From an uncultured Lentisphaeraceae bacterium (lineage in GTDB: Bacteria > Verrucomicrobiota > Kiritimatiellia > RFP12 > UBA1067), in assembly GCA_964420685.1 (NCBI GenBank), contig CAYQUI010000003.1, positions 4,150 through 68,149 on the forward strand: a stretch of DNA of 64,000 bases. The letters are read 5' to 3'. Of this stretch, positions 1 through 8,572 are shown in pieces (the first letter of the stretch is position 1; every line of letters begins with the position of its first letter). Position numbers and translations under genes: made by a program. The notes under the pieces are model-generated. The model ran no database searches. It saw nothing but the letters and a program-made list of their open reading frames with translations, and was not told the DNA's origin.

Positions 1-563
1 TTGAGCGCCGCCGAGATCTCGTCGCGGCGGACGCGCTCTTCGGGCTTGAGGAGAATGACCGAGACGGTCACGCGATGCTCGGCGACATAGCGTTCGGGAT
101 GCGCGGCGTATTCCGCGCGCATCTCGGCCGGCGAGGCCGTGATGTTCTTGTTGATCACGTTCCACCGCATCGCGCCGACGATCATGTCCTCCTTCATCCG
201 CGCGTACCACTCGGGATAGGAGATGCGCTGCTTGCCCAGCGTCTCGACGAGGCGGTTGCGGTCGCCGCCGAAGGCCTTCTGGATGATTTCGCGCACCCGA
301 TTCTCGACGACCCACTCCTGCATGGTCATCTTCGACTCGCGCGCCGCCTTCAGCATGAGCTTGCGGTCGATCATCTCGTCGCGGATCTCCGCGTACCGCG
401 AAGCGTCCTGCAGGCCCAGGCGCTGCATCTCGTTCGCGATCTCGCTGCGCAGAATCGTCTCCGACCCGACCTTCGCGGCAATGCCGTCCACCTCGACGGC
501 CCACGCGCCCCCCGCGAGGAGGAGCGTCAGGGCCAAGGCGTTCATCAGCTGTGCGTGTTTCAT
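1..563 (-). CDS. Periplasmic chaperone, SurA N-terminal-domain-like (partial; 3' end lies beyond the window start)
   Basis: Minus-strand ATG at 561-563 followed by a signal-peptide-like MKHAQLMNALALTLLLAGGAWA. The mirrored frame reads ...AKVGSETILRSEIANEMQRL..., which resembles a SurA/PpiD N-terminal domain. Not in the ORF track because the ORF runs off the window edge. Confidence 0.45.
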   Translation of the reverse strand, partial: MKHAQLMNALALTLLLAGGAWAVEVDGIAAKVGSETILRSEIANEMQRLGLQDASRYAEIRDEMIDRKLMLKAARESKMTMQEWVVENRVREIIQKAFGGDRNRLVETLGKQRISYPEWYARMKEDMIVGAMRWNVINKNITASPAEMRAEYAAHPERYVAEHRVTVSVILLKPEERVRRDEISAAL

Positions 564-568
564 CGCGC

Positions 569-1855
569 TCACATCATGGCGGCAATGGCCGCGCCCACGA
601 GCGGCGCGTCGTCCACGCGCGGCGGAATCGCGTAGTGGATGTTGCGCCGCCTGACGAGCATCTCGTCGAGTTCGCGGCGCACCATCGCGTCGAACGGAAT
701 CGCGCGCGTCTTGTAGTAGGTCGAGCCATCCACGTTGATCGCGATCGGCGCAGTCGGCTCGACGCCCTCGCCCGACTTGATGCAGAACGCCGCGAGGTGG
801 ACGGCCGTCAGGACGGCCGCGCGCTCGAAGACGGGAATGCCGAGGCGGCGCGCCATCTTCGCGTCGTCGGCGTCCGCGAAGATCGCCTCCAGCGGGTTGA
901 CGCGGCCGTCGCAGTGGTAGGCCGCGCAGAAGTTGTCGAAATCCATCGTCTCAAGCGCGCCAAGGCCGCCGAGGGCCGTGGCGGCCTTTTCGGAGAACAG
1001 CCCCGCCTTCGCCGCCGTCTTGTAGACCTCAAGCCCGACGCCGCCGAGGTAGCCGCCCGAAATCATCTTCTCGAACGGATTGTGCCCCGTGTCGCCCTGC
1101 TTGGCGTCCATCGCCGCGTCGAACTTCGACTGCGGATACTTGTCGAAACTGCCCGACTCGGCGTTGATGATCATCGCGCCGTCCGGATCGAGGCCCGCGA
1201 CCTTCGTGATGTTCGCGTTCTTCTCGACGTAGGCAGCATTCGTCCCCGTGCCGAGAATGAAGCCGATATAGGAGGAATAGGTCTTGTCGCCTTCCGTCGC
1301 CTTCGCCGCGAGCAGCGTCGCGACCGTGTCGTTCACGATCGCGATCTCGCCGCCGCCCAGCCGATTCAGAAGCTCCTTGCCGACGTACTGGCCGACGATC
1401 GACGGGGCCTGGATGCCCTTCGTCCAGCAATTGAGGCGCGCATCGAGTTCGGGCGTGACGTCGGCGTTGTACGAGAAGCACCAGCCGAACTTCTTCACCG
1501 TCGCCTTCGGCGCGACGCGACGCAGCTCGTTCGCGAACGCGGCATAGAACTCGTCGCCCGTCACAGGGGCCTTCGCGCCCGGCATCGGCTGGTTCACGCG
1601 ATCCTCGATCTGCGGCGGAATCGAGACGACCGCCGAACGGAAGTTCGTGCCGCCCGCGTCCAGCACCGCCGCCTTCGCGCCCTCGGGAATCTTGCCGTTC
1701 ACGCCCACGTAGGCCGGGATCATGCGCAGCGACGACGCCTCGCCCTTCAAGCCCTTCTCCATCTCGGAGAGGAACGTCGAGATCATCGCCTGGCGGTCAA
1801 TTCGCTCCGCCGTCTCAAAGCCGTTCGCCGCCAGAAATTCCTCCGGTGTCATCAT
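569..1855 (-). CDS. Hexokinase (true hexokinase family, eukaryote-type)
   Basis: Motifs LDAGGTNFR, FGWCFSY, WTKGI, VNDTVATL and GFILGTGTNAAY. Start taken as the ATGATG at 1850-1855 (MMTPEEF), preceded by AAGGAG. The longer ORF up to 2056 has no SD and is arginine-rich junk. Confidence 0.8.
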   Translation of the reverse strand: MMTPEEFLAANGFETAERIDRQAMISTFLSEMEKGLKGEASSLRMIPAYVGVNGKIPEGAKAAVLDAGGTNFRSAVVSIPPQIEDRVNQPMPGAKAPVTGDEFYAAFANELRRVAPKATVKKFGWCFSYNADVTPELDARLNCWTKGIQAPSIVGQYVGKELLNRLGGGEIAIVNDTVATLLAAKATEGDKTYSSYIGFILGTGTNAAYVEKNANITKVAGLDPDGAMIINAESGSFDKYPQSKFDAAMDAKQGDTGHNPFEKMISGGYLGGVGLEVYKTAAKAGLFSEKAATALGGLGALETMDFDNFCAAYHCDGRVNPLEAIFADADDAKMARRLGIPVFERAAVLTAVHLAAFCIKSGEGVEPTAPIAINVDGSTYYKTRAIPFDAMVRRELDEMLVRRRNIHYAIPPRVDDAPLVGAAIAAMM

Positions 1856-1965
1856 TTGTCGTCTCCTTCGTTCGTGTATGCCGTGTCTTCTCAAGGGGTC
1901 TCTCTCTTCTTCGGCAAAGCCCATCTTCACCGAAGCCCCCCTTGTATGACCGCTGATTATACCAA

Positions 1966-1974
1966 AATTCTCGC
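1966..1974 (-). promoter_or_regulatory. Extended -10 (TGgTATAAT) promoter for hexokinase
   Basis: The reverse complement of attatacca reads TGGTATAAT. This leaves a leader of about 100 nt with an AAGGAG SD. Confidence 0.4.
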
Positions 1975-2043
1975 CGATTGTGCGAATTCTTGGCCCCCTT
2001 TGGACGGGTTGGCAAGTTTTTCCCATTTTTTCACTTACCCCCC

Positions 2044-2072
2044 TTGCGCGCGCCAACGGGAAATGGTATACT
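2044..2072 (+). promoter_or_regulatory. Promoter of the tRNA operon (TTGCGC-N17-TGgTATACT)
   Basis: -35 TTGCGC at 2044-2049 and -10 TATACT at 2067-2072 with an upstream TGg. The first tRNA starts 19 nt downstream. Confidence 0.5.
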
Positions 2073-2090
2073 ACGCACCGTTTTCGATTT

Positions 2091-2167
2091 GGGGCTGTAG
2101 CTCAACTGGATAGAGCATCAGACTACGAATCTGAGGGTTATGGGTTCGACTCCCGTCAGCCCCGCCA
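2091..2167 (+). tRNA. tRNA-Arg (anticodon ACG)
   Basis: Cloverleaf GGGGCTGTAGCTCAACTGGATAGAGC...CTACGAA loop...GGTTCGACTCCCGTCAGCCCCGCCA with a 7-bp acceptor stem. Confidence 0.9.
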
Positions 2168-2185
2168 ATTCGAAAGCGCCAGATT

Positions 2186-2261
<76 letters not shown>

Positions 2262-2292
2262 ATCAAATCTGGCCACTGGCTTCAAGCCTTGT

Positions 2293-2369
2293 CGGACCGT
2301 AGCGCAGCCTGGTAGCGCGTTTGCTTGGGGTGCAAAAGGTCACGAGTTCAAATCTCGTCGGTCCGACCA
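2293..2369 (+). tRNA. tRNA-Pro (anticodon GGG)
   Basis: CGGACCGTAGCGCAGCCTGGTAGCGCGTTTGCTTGGGGTGCAAAAGGTCACGAGTTCAAATCTCGTCGGTCCGACCA. The anticodon loop is TTGGGGT. Confidence 0.85.
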
Positions 2370-2933
2370 TTTCCGAGACTGATTCAATGCATCAAAGAAC
2401 TGCCGTACGCGCGCAATTGACTTGATGCCGCGCGTGGATTCAAGACTGCCGGAGACATCGAGAACATCGGGCTTCTGCGCCAGGAATGTCGGCAGGTTTC
2501 CCGCCGAGACCCCGCCCGCGAGAACCGCTTTGAACGCCCCGCGCCGCAGTTGCGTCTCGCCATCGCCGTGCGACGAGTCAAAGAGGACGGCGTCGCCCTC
2601 CGCCCCGCCCGCAAGCGTCCAGACCTCCAGCCCCTCGCGCCGAAGCGCCGCGACGTCCGCCGCCGTTGCCCGACGGTGGAGCTGAACGACGTCCAGTCCG
2701 CACGCGCGCACCGTCCGCAGGATTTCGGGCACCGTCGCCGTCGTGAAGACGCCGACGCCGCGCGCCCGCCCCGTGAGGCGCGCGCGCAGACGCACGACAT
2801 CGGGAATGGTCACATGGCGCGGACTCCCCTCGGCAAAGACGAAGCCAAGGTAGTCCGCGCCCAGCCGTTCCGCCTCGGCCGCGAACGCCGCGTCGTTGAC
2901 GCCGCAGATCTTGATGGCGGGACGGCGCGTCAT
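2340..2933 (-). CDS. trpF: Phosphoribosylanthranilate isomerase
   Basis: MTRRPAIKICGV...DYLGFVF... is typical PRAI. The ATG at 2931-2933 overlaps the trpA stop (TGATG). The last ~10 codons overlap the 3' end of tRNA-Pro on the opposite strand. Confidence 0.85.
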   Translation of the reverse strand: MTRRPAIKICGVNDAAFAAEAERLGADYLGFVFAEGSPRHVTIPDVVRLRARLTGRARGVGVFTTATVPEILRTVRACGLDVVQLHRRATAADVAALRREGLEVWTLAGGAEGDAVLFDSSHGDGETQLRRGAFKAVLAGGVSAGNLPTFLAQKPDVLDVSGSLESTRGIKSIARVRQFFDALNQSRKWSDRRDLNS

Positions 2934-3670
2934 CAGGCCTCCTTCATGAACCGCTCGACGAGCGCACTGCCAATCACGAAGCCATCGCCATGCGCCGCAA
3001 CCACCGCGCCCTCTTCGGGCGTACGGATGCCAAAGCCCGCGACGACAGGCAAATTGACGAGCCGCTTGATTTCCGCAAGGCGCGACGCGAGTTCAGGCGG
3101 CAGGGACGCGCGCTGTCCCGTCGTGCCCTTGACCGTGACGGCATAGAGAAACGAGTCCTCCACGCCCTTCGCAAGCGCGCGAATGCGCGCGGGGCCCGTC
3201 GTTGGCGCGACGAGCGGCACGAGCGTGAGTCCGGCGGGACGCAGCACGTCGAGCAGTTCGTCGCGCTCCTCCAAAGGCAGATCAACGACGAGAACGGCGT
3301 CCACGCCACGCCGCGCCGCCTCGTCGGCGAACCGCTTCAGCCCATAGCTGTAAAGGATGTTGTAGTAGGAGAAGATCACGACCGGCGTATCGGGATGCCG
3401 CGCACGCAGCCCCGACACGCCCGCGAGAATGTCGGCGAGCGCGACCCCGTTCGCGAGCGCACGATTCGCCGCCGCACGAATGACCGCGCCATCCGCCACG
3501 GGGTCGGAGAACGGTACGCCGAGTTCCAGGATGTCCGCGCCTTCGCCAAGCAGCGTCTCCGCCGCCGCAAAGCTTTTGTCGAGCGTCGGCGCGCCCATCG
3601 TGAGATAGGCGACGTAAACCGCCTTGCCCTCGGCCTTGCACCGCGCAAATGTCTTTTGAATGCGATTCAT
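2933..3670 (-). CDS. trpA: Tryptophan synthase alpha chain
   Basis: ...YLTMGAP...GADILELGVPFSDPVADG...GFGI... Start chosen at ATG 3668-3670 (MNRIQ), preceded by an AGGA SD. The ORF-track start at 3682 lacks an SD. Confidence 0.9.
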   Translation of the reverse strand: MNRIQKTFARCKAEGKAVYVAYLTMGAPTLDKSFAAAETLLGEGADILELGVPFSDPVADGAVIRAAANRALANGVALADILAGVSGLRARHPDTPVVIFSYYNILYSYGLKRFADEAARRGVDAVLVVDLPLEERDELLDVLRPAGLTLVPLVAPTTGPARIRALAKGVEDSFLYAVTVKGTTGQRASLPPELASRLAEIKRLVNLPVVAGFGIRTPEEGAVVAAHGDGFVIGSALVERFMKEA

Positions 3671-3848
3671 TTTAATCCTCATTGTTAAGGGGTTATACTA
3701 ATCTTTGAACGAGAACGAACAAGAATAAAACTGACGAGAGCGACAAGAGGGGCGTGAGGGGCGAGAGCGAGGAGGGGGTAAAGAGGCCCGGTGAAGCCAA
3801 AGGGCTCTTGCCCCTCAAGACATTCCATCCTTTCACTCTCCCACTTTT

Positions 3849-5864
3849 TCACGCTCCCGCCCGACCCCTTTTCCACCGTTCCACGTTCTCCATGTCCTTG
3901 TCGCCGCGACCGGAGAGGTTGACGAGCAGAATGGTCTCCTTCGGCAGGGCGGGCGCGCGCTTGATCGCCTCGGCGACGGCATGGCTCGATTCGAGCGCGG
4001 GAATGATGCCTTCGAAACGACAGAGCGCATCAAATGCGGCAATCGCCTCGTCGTCGTCAATCGTCGTGTACGTGGCGCGCCCCGTGTCCGCGAGATAGGC
4101 GTGTTCCGGCCCGACGCCGGGGTAGTCCAGCCCGGCCGAGACGGAGTACGTGTCAACGATCTGTCCCGACGGCGTCTGGAGCAGATACGTCTTCGAGCCA
4201 TGCAGGACGCCGACGCGCCCGCCGCAGATGCTCGCGGCGTGTTCGCCCGTCGTGAGGCCCTTGCCGCCCGCTTCGACGCCGACGAGTTTCACGGACGGAT
4301 CGTCGAGGAATCCCGCGAAAAGGCCCATCGCGTTCGAGCCGCCGCCGACGCAGGCAATCGCCTGGTCGGGCAGCTTGCCGTATTCCGCCAGACACTGCCG
4401 CCGCGCCTCCTTGCCGATGACGCTCTGGAAGTCGCGCACCATCTCCGGATAGGGCGCCGGGCCGGCGACTGTGCCGATCACGTAGAACGTGTCGTCGCAG
4501 TTCGCCGTCCAGTCGCGGATCGCCTCGTTCATCGCGTCCTTGAGCGTCGCGCTTCCCTCTTCCACGGCATGCACTTTTGCGCCAAGCATCTTCATGCGCG
4601 CGACGTTCGGGGCCTGACGCGCGACGTCCACCGCGCCCATGAAGACTTCGCACTCCAGGCCGAAGAGCGCGGCGACCGTCGCCGTCGCGACGCCATGCAT
4701 GCCCGCGCCCGTCTCGGCAATCAGCCGCCGCTTGCCCATCCGCCGCGCGAGCAGCGCCTGCCCGACGGTGTTGTTCACCTTGTGCGCGCCCGTGTGGTTG
4801 AGGTCTTCGCGCTTGAGCACAATCCGCGCGCCGCCGAGGTGTTCCGAAAGCCGCCGCGCGTAGGTCAGCGGACTTTCCCGTCCGACGTAATGGACAAGGA
4901 TGTCGTTCATTTCGGCCGTGAACGCCGGATCGCGTTTCGCCTCGGCATAGGCCTTTTCGAGTTCGTGCAACGGCGTCATCAGCGTCTCCGCGACATACTG
5001 TCCGCCATAGATTCCGTAGTGTGTTTTCATAGGTCTTTGAATGTTAGTGGAAAGGTGGGAGGGTGGACGGGCGAGAACGTCGCCCGGGTCCCTCAATTCT
5101 CTCAATCTCTCCCCCGGATTCGCCGCGCGCATGAGCGTCGTGCCGATGAGGAAGCCCTGCGCGCCCGCGACCCGAAGCCGACGAATGTCATCCGCCGTCC
5201 GGATGCCGCTTTCGGCGATGCGCACGCGGTCGGACGGAATCTCGCCGAGAAGTCGCGCCGCAAGCGACGGGTCGGTGTGGAACGTGCGCAAGTCGCGGCA
5301 ATTGACGCCGATTACGCGCGCGCCCGCCTGGACGGCACGCCGAATCTCGTCCGCCGTGTGCGTCTCAACGAGCGCGGCGAAACCAAGTGCGTGACAGAAT
5401 GCGAGGAGTTCCTTGAGCCGCGCGTCGTCCAGCACGGCGGCGATGAGGAGGACGGCACTCGCCCCGGCGGCCCGCGCGGCGGCGACCTGATAGGGCGTCG
5501 TCACGAAGTCCTTGTAGAGGACGGGAATCGTCACTTTCGCCCGCGCCGCACGCAGATACGCCTCGCTACCGAAGAAGCGGTGCGGTTCGCAGAGGACGGA
5601 GAGCGCGGCCGCGCCGGCGGCTTCCAGTTCCTGCGCCAGCGTCGCAGGGTCAAACGCCGCGCGGATGAGGCCCTCGGACGGCGAAGCCTTCTTCAATTCG
5701 GCAATGATGTGCGCGCCCGGCCCGGCAAACACGGCGGCGAAGTCGGACGGAGGCGGGGCGGCGCGCGCCCGTTCCAGCACAGCCGCGAACGGCTCCTGCA
5801 AATCGCGCAGCGCCGCGTCCGCGCGCCGCCGCGCACTCAGTTCGGCAAGAATGTCTGTCGTCAT
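3849..5864 (-). CDS. trpCB: Fused indole-3-glycerol-phosphate synthase / tryptophan synthase beta chain (TrpC-TrpB)
   Basis: Single 671-aa frame. Residues 1-~265 are IGPS (…[11 protein letters not shown]…). A low-complexity linker [19 protein letters not shown] follows. From [13 protein letters not shown]… onward is TrpB (…HTGAHKVNN…GAGMHGVAT…). There is no in-frame stop and no SD before the internal ATG at 5030. Confidence 0.85.
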   Translation of the reverse strand: MTTDILAELSARRRADAALRDLQEPFAAVLERARAAPPPSDFAAVFAGPGAHIIAELKKASPSEGLIRAAFDPATLAQELEAAGAAALSVLCEPHRFFGSEAYLRAARAKVTIPVLYKDFVTTPYQVAAARAAGASAVLLIAAVLDDARLKELLAFCHALGFAALVETHTADEIRRAVQAGARVIGVNCRDLRTFHTDPSLAARLLGEIPSDRVRIAESGIRTADDIRRLRVAGAQGFLIGTTLMRAANPGERLRELRDPGDVLARPPSHLSTNIQRPMKTHYGIYGGQYVAETLMTPLHELEKAYAEAKRDPAFTAEMNDILVHYVGRESPLTYARRLSEHLGGARIVLKREDLNHTGAHKVNNTVGQALLARRMGKRRLIAETGAGMHGVATATVAALFGLECEVFMGAVDVARQAPNVARMKMLGAKVHAVEEGSATLKDAMNEAIRDWTANCDDTFYVIGTVAGPAPYPEMVRDFQSVIGKEARRQCLAEYGKLPDQAIACVGGGSNAMGLFAGFLDDPSVKLVGVEAGGKGLTTGEHAASICGGRVGVLHGSKTYLLQTPSGQIVDTYSVSAGLDYPGVGPEHAYLADTGRATYTTIDDDEAIAAFDALCRFEGIIPALESSHAVAEAIKRAPALPKETILLVNLSGRGDKDMENVERWKRGRAGA

Positions 5865-5885
5865 TTGAATCGAGTTTTCTAGAGG

Positions 5886-5928
5886 TTATAAAAAGCAAGA
5901 AGCGGATCGTCTTCATCTGACGATCCGC
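5886..5928 (-). terminator. trp attenuator (rho-independent terminator in the leader)
   Basis: Transcript GCGGATCGTCagatgaaGACGATCCGC followed by TTCTTGCTTTTTAT, about 20 nt before the trpC ATG. An alternative antiterminator pairing is possible between GTCTTacATCCGC and GCGGAT..GAAGAC. Confidence 0.6.
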
Positions 5929-5962
5929 CTTTGGGTACTGGACTTGGCTTCGCGTTTCGCAA

Positions 5963-6028
5963 CTACACGGCAACCGGCCCGCGGATGTAAGACCCGTGGC
6001 GCCACCACCAGTTGTTGCTGAACGTCAT
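5963..6028 (-). CDS. trpL: trp leader peptide with three tandem Trp codons
   Basis: ATG ACG TTC AGC AAC AAC TGG TGG TGG CGC CAC GGG TCT TAC ATC CGC GGG CCG GTT GCC GTG TAG encodes MTFSNNWWWRHGSYIRGPVAV. It lies between the promoter and the attenuator hairpin. Confidence 0.6.
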   Translation of the reverse strand: MTFSNNWWWRHGSYIRGPVAV

Positions 6029-6071
6029 GCGATTCACTTCTTCACATTGCCTTTTCGAGAAAACGGCGCGG

Positions 6072-6101
6072 AGTATATCACTTTCGCCGCGTCCCCGTCA
6101 A
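6072..6101 (-). promoter_or_regulatory. trp operon promoter (TTGACG-N18-TGaTATACT)
   Basis: -35 TTGACG (6096-6101) and -10 TATACT (6072-6077) on the minus strand, immediately downstream of the alr stop. Confidence 0.5.
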
Positions 6102-6108
6102 GAGACCC

Positions 6109-7332
6109 CTACGGCTTCTGCGTCTTCGCAGGGAGACGCACGACGCGCTGGACGCGCGTGCCGAGCGAGCAGATGATGTCGTAGGCGTGCGTTCCCTTAA
6201 GGGCCGCCCAGTCGTCCGGCGTAATCGCATCGCGTCCGCATCGCCCGAAGCAAATGACTTCGTCACCCGCCCGAACGCCCGGCACGTCCGAGACGTCCAC
6301 CGTCGTGTAGTCCATCGAGATGCGCCCGACGATCTTGCAGCGGCGACCGCCAATGAAGACAAACCCGCGATTCGTGAGCGCCAGCGGAAGCCCGTCCGCA
6401 TAGCCGGCCGAAATCGTCGCGATCCGCGTCGGCGCGGCGAGGCACCACGTGCGCCCGTAGCCGAGCGTCGTCCCCGCCGGCAGTTCGCGCACCTGGGCAA
6501 CGCGCGTCTTCAGCGTGAGGACAGGCTTGACCTTGAGCGCGCGCTTTCCGTTCGGGTCGAACGAGCCGTGCAAGTTGATGCCCGTGCGGACAAGCGTGAA
6601 CGGCTTGCGCGCACATTCGGGGAAGTTGTTGATGCCGTCCGACGCCGCGATGTGAACCTTCGCGAACGCGATCCCCTCCTTTGCGGCCGCCGCGACAATC
6701 TCCTTGAACCGCACGACCTGCCGCGCCGTGAACGGATCTTTCGGATCGTAGGCCATCGGGAAATGCGAGAACACGCCCTCGCAGACAAGGCCAGGAAGAG
6801 CCTTCACGGCCCGCATTGTCGCCAGCGCGTGCGTGACCCCGTCCGTTCCCGTCGCGAGAATGCCGAGCCGCCCCATGCCCGTATCGAGCTTGAAATGGAC
6901 GCGCGCAACCGTCCGCGCCCCCACCGCCGCATCGGAAATCGCCTTCGCCGTCGCGAGATCCGTGACGGGCAGGACAACGCCCGCGCGCACCATCGCCGGA
7001 ATCTCGTCCGGCAGGACGGACGAAAGGATCTGCACGGACGGCCGCCCGCGCCCCGCGTGGCGGAAGAGGGCCTGAAGTTCCAGCGCCTCGTGCGGCTCGG
7101 CGACGCCGAAGTCCGTACAGCCCGCCGCCGCGAGCGCCTGCGCGTAGGCGGAAACGCCGAGTCCATAGGCGTTTGCCTTGAGGACGCAAAGCACCTTCGC
7201 GGGTCGCACATGCGCGGCGATCTTGCGGTAATTGGCAACCAGCGTCGCGAGGTCAATCTCGACCCAGACGCGCGGCTTCAGACCGTCCGTCTGTCCGCCC
7301 GCGTCACCAAGAGTTTTTCGTTCGAGGCTCAT
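6109..7332 (-). CDS. alr: Alanine racemase
   Basis: PLP motif VLKANAYGLG, then ...GRISMDYTTVDV... at the C-terminal domain. Confidence 0.85.
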   Translation of the reverse strand: MSLERKTLGDAGGQTDGLKPRVWVEIDLATLVANYRKIAAHVRPAKVLCVLKANAYGLGVSAYAQALAAAGCTDFGVAEPHEALELQALFRHAGRGRPSVQILSSVLPDEIPAMVRAGVVLPVTDLATAKAISDAAVGARTVARVHFKLDTGMGRLGILATGTDGVTHALATMRAVKALPGLVCEGVFSHFPMAYDPKDPFTARQVVRFKEIVAAAAKEGIAFAKVHIAASDGINNFPECARKPFTLVRTGINLHGSFDPNGKRALKVKPVLTLKTRVAQVRELPAGTTLGYGRTWCLAAPTRIATISAGYADGLPLALTNRGFVFIGGRRCKIVGRISMDYTTVDVSDVPGVRAGDEVICFGRCGRDAITPDDWAALKGTHAYDIICSLGTRVQRVVRLPAKTQKP

Positions 7333-7354
7333 GACAAAGAGGATTCAGATTCGA

Positions 7355-8572
7355 TCAAAGGGAAACGGGCCAGACTCCGTCGCAGCAGAACCGCCGCTCG
7401 TCCGGGCCGTTGTCCACGCAGACAAAGCCCAACCGGTCAAAGAGTTCCGCGACTGGCGCGTTCTTCGCCGTCCGCCGCCAGCGCGCACAGACGCGGACAA
7501 CACCCTGCGCCTGAAGATCGCGGGCGATCGCGGCCCATGCGCGCGTCTCCAGCCCTCGGCCGGCCACACGGCAACTCATCGTGAAATCGACGATCTCCGC
7601 ACCACGCAGGACGACGAACGCGACCAGCCCCTGGTCGCCGAACCGATCGCCGGCGCAGACGGCATAGACGCGCGCGCCATCCTCCCCACGCACCAGGCCC
7701 TCGACCGCCGCCGCCGCATAGCGGTTCGTGCAGACGCTGAACTGGTTCGCCTTCTGCGAAAGCTGGGCAATGCGCGCCGCCTCTTCGGGCCGCGCCCGAT
7801 GGACGTCGAGCCAACAGCCCAGCGCGTCCCAGATGTCCGCCGCCGAACACGCCGCCAGAAACTGCCGCCGCGCCGCCTCCTCACGGTAGGCCTCGGTCTT
7901 GCGACGATCTTCCGCCGTCACGACGCCGGACGGAAAATACGCCGCGAGCACAGGCGGGAACGCGGAAACCGCGACCGCCGGCAAGCGCGTCTTCATCTCC
8001 AGACGCTCGGCCGGATTGTCATCCACAAAAACGAAGGCGTCAAGGCCAAGGCCAAGCGACCGGGCGACCCGCAGCAGGTTCTCGGCCTTGGACTCCCAGT
8101 TGACCTGCGGATACAGGAAATCGTCCGCCGCCAACGGCGCAAGAGCGCCCGCGTCAAAGGCCGCGCGGACGTCCGCCGCATTGTTCTTGGAAAGAATCGT
8201 CAGCAGGACGCCCCGCGCCTTCAAGGCCTTGAGTTCCGACAGGAACGCCGTGCGCGGACGAATCGCGTCCACGCCCTCCTCGCCGACGACGCCCTCCCAA
8301 AGCGTGCCGTCCAGATCGAGGGCGACGACTTTCTTCGGCGAGAGTCCGTTCACGCGACGGTAGAGTTCCCACAGGCTCGTCACCGCCGTCACGTCCGCAA
8401 ACGGGATTTCGACGCCCAGACGGGACTGGACTTCCGTCACCAGGCGGAGCTGAGCCATCGAATCCCAGGCGGGGATTGAGGCGTAGGTCGTCTCCAACGA
8501 AAGACTCGCCGCAGAGGTTCCAAGAACCTCTGCGACGAATTCGAGGAACGCGCCCTCGCTCCGGACGTCCAT
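7355..8572 (-). CDS. Tri-domain protein: acyl-carrier-like / FkbH-like HAD-IIIC phosphatase / GNAT acetyltransferase
   Basis: The N-terminus (MDVRSEGAFLEFVAEVLG...IPAWDSMAQLRLV) looks like an ACP with a DSM phosphopantetheine site. KVVALDLDGTLWEGV is a HAD motif I of FkbH type. The C-terminus is a GNAT-like fold. Start at ATG 8570-8572, sharing one nt with the pfp stop (TAATG). Confidence 0.7.
   Translation of the reverse strand: MDVRSEGAFLEFVAEVLGTSAASLSLETTYASIPAWDSMAQLRLVTEVQSRLGVEIPFADVTAVTSLWELYRRVNGLSPKKVVALDLDGTLWEGVVGEEGVDAIRPRTAFLSELKALKARGVLLTILSKNNAADVRAAFDAGALAPLAADDFLYPQVNWESKAENLLRVARSLGLGLDAFVFVDDNPAERLEMKTRLPAVAVSAFPPVLAAYFPSGVVTAEDRRKTEAYREEAARRQFLAACSAADIWDALGCWLDVHRARPEEAARIAQLSQKANQFSVCTNRYAAAAVEGLVRGEDGARVYAVCAGDRFGDQGLVAFVVLRGAEIVDFTMSCRVAGRGLETRAWAAIARDLQAQGVVRVCARWRRTAKNAPVAELFDRLGFVCVDNGPDERRFCCDGVWPVSL

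Noticed and set aside
3671-3848. Small ORFs (3685-3876 minus, 3754-4098 plus) in the trpB-trpA spacer
   Set aside because: The region is CT/GA-rich low-complexity DNA with no SD-start pairing. It is more likely a spacer with a weak internal promoter (TTCGTT…TATAAC) for trpA-trpF.
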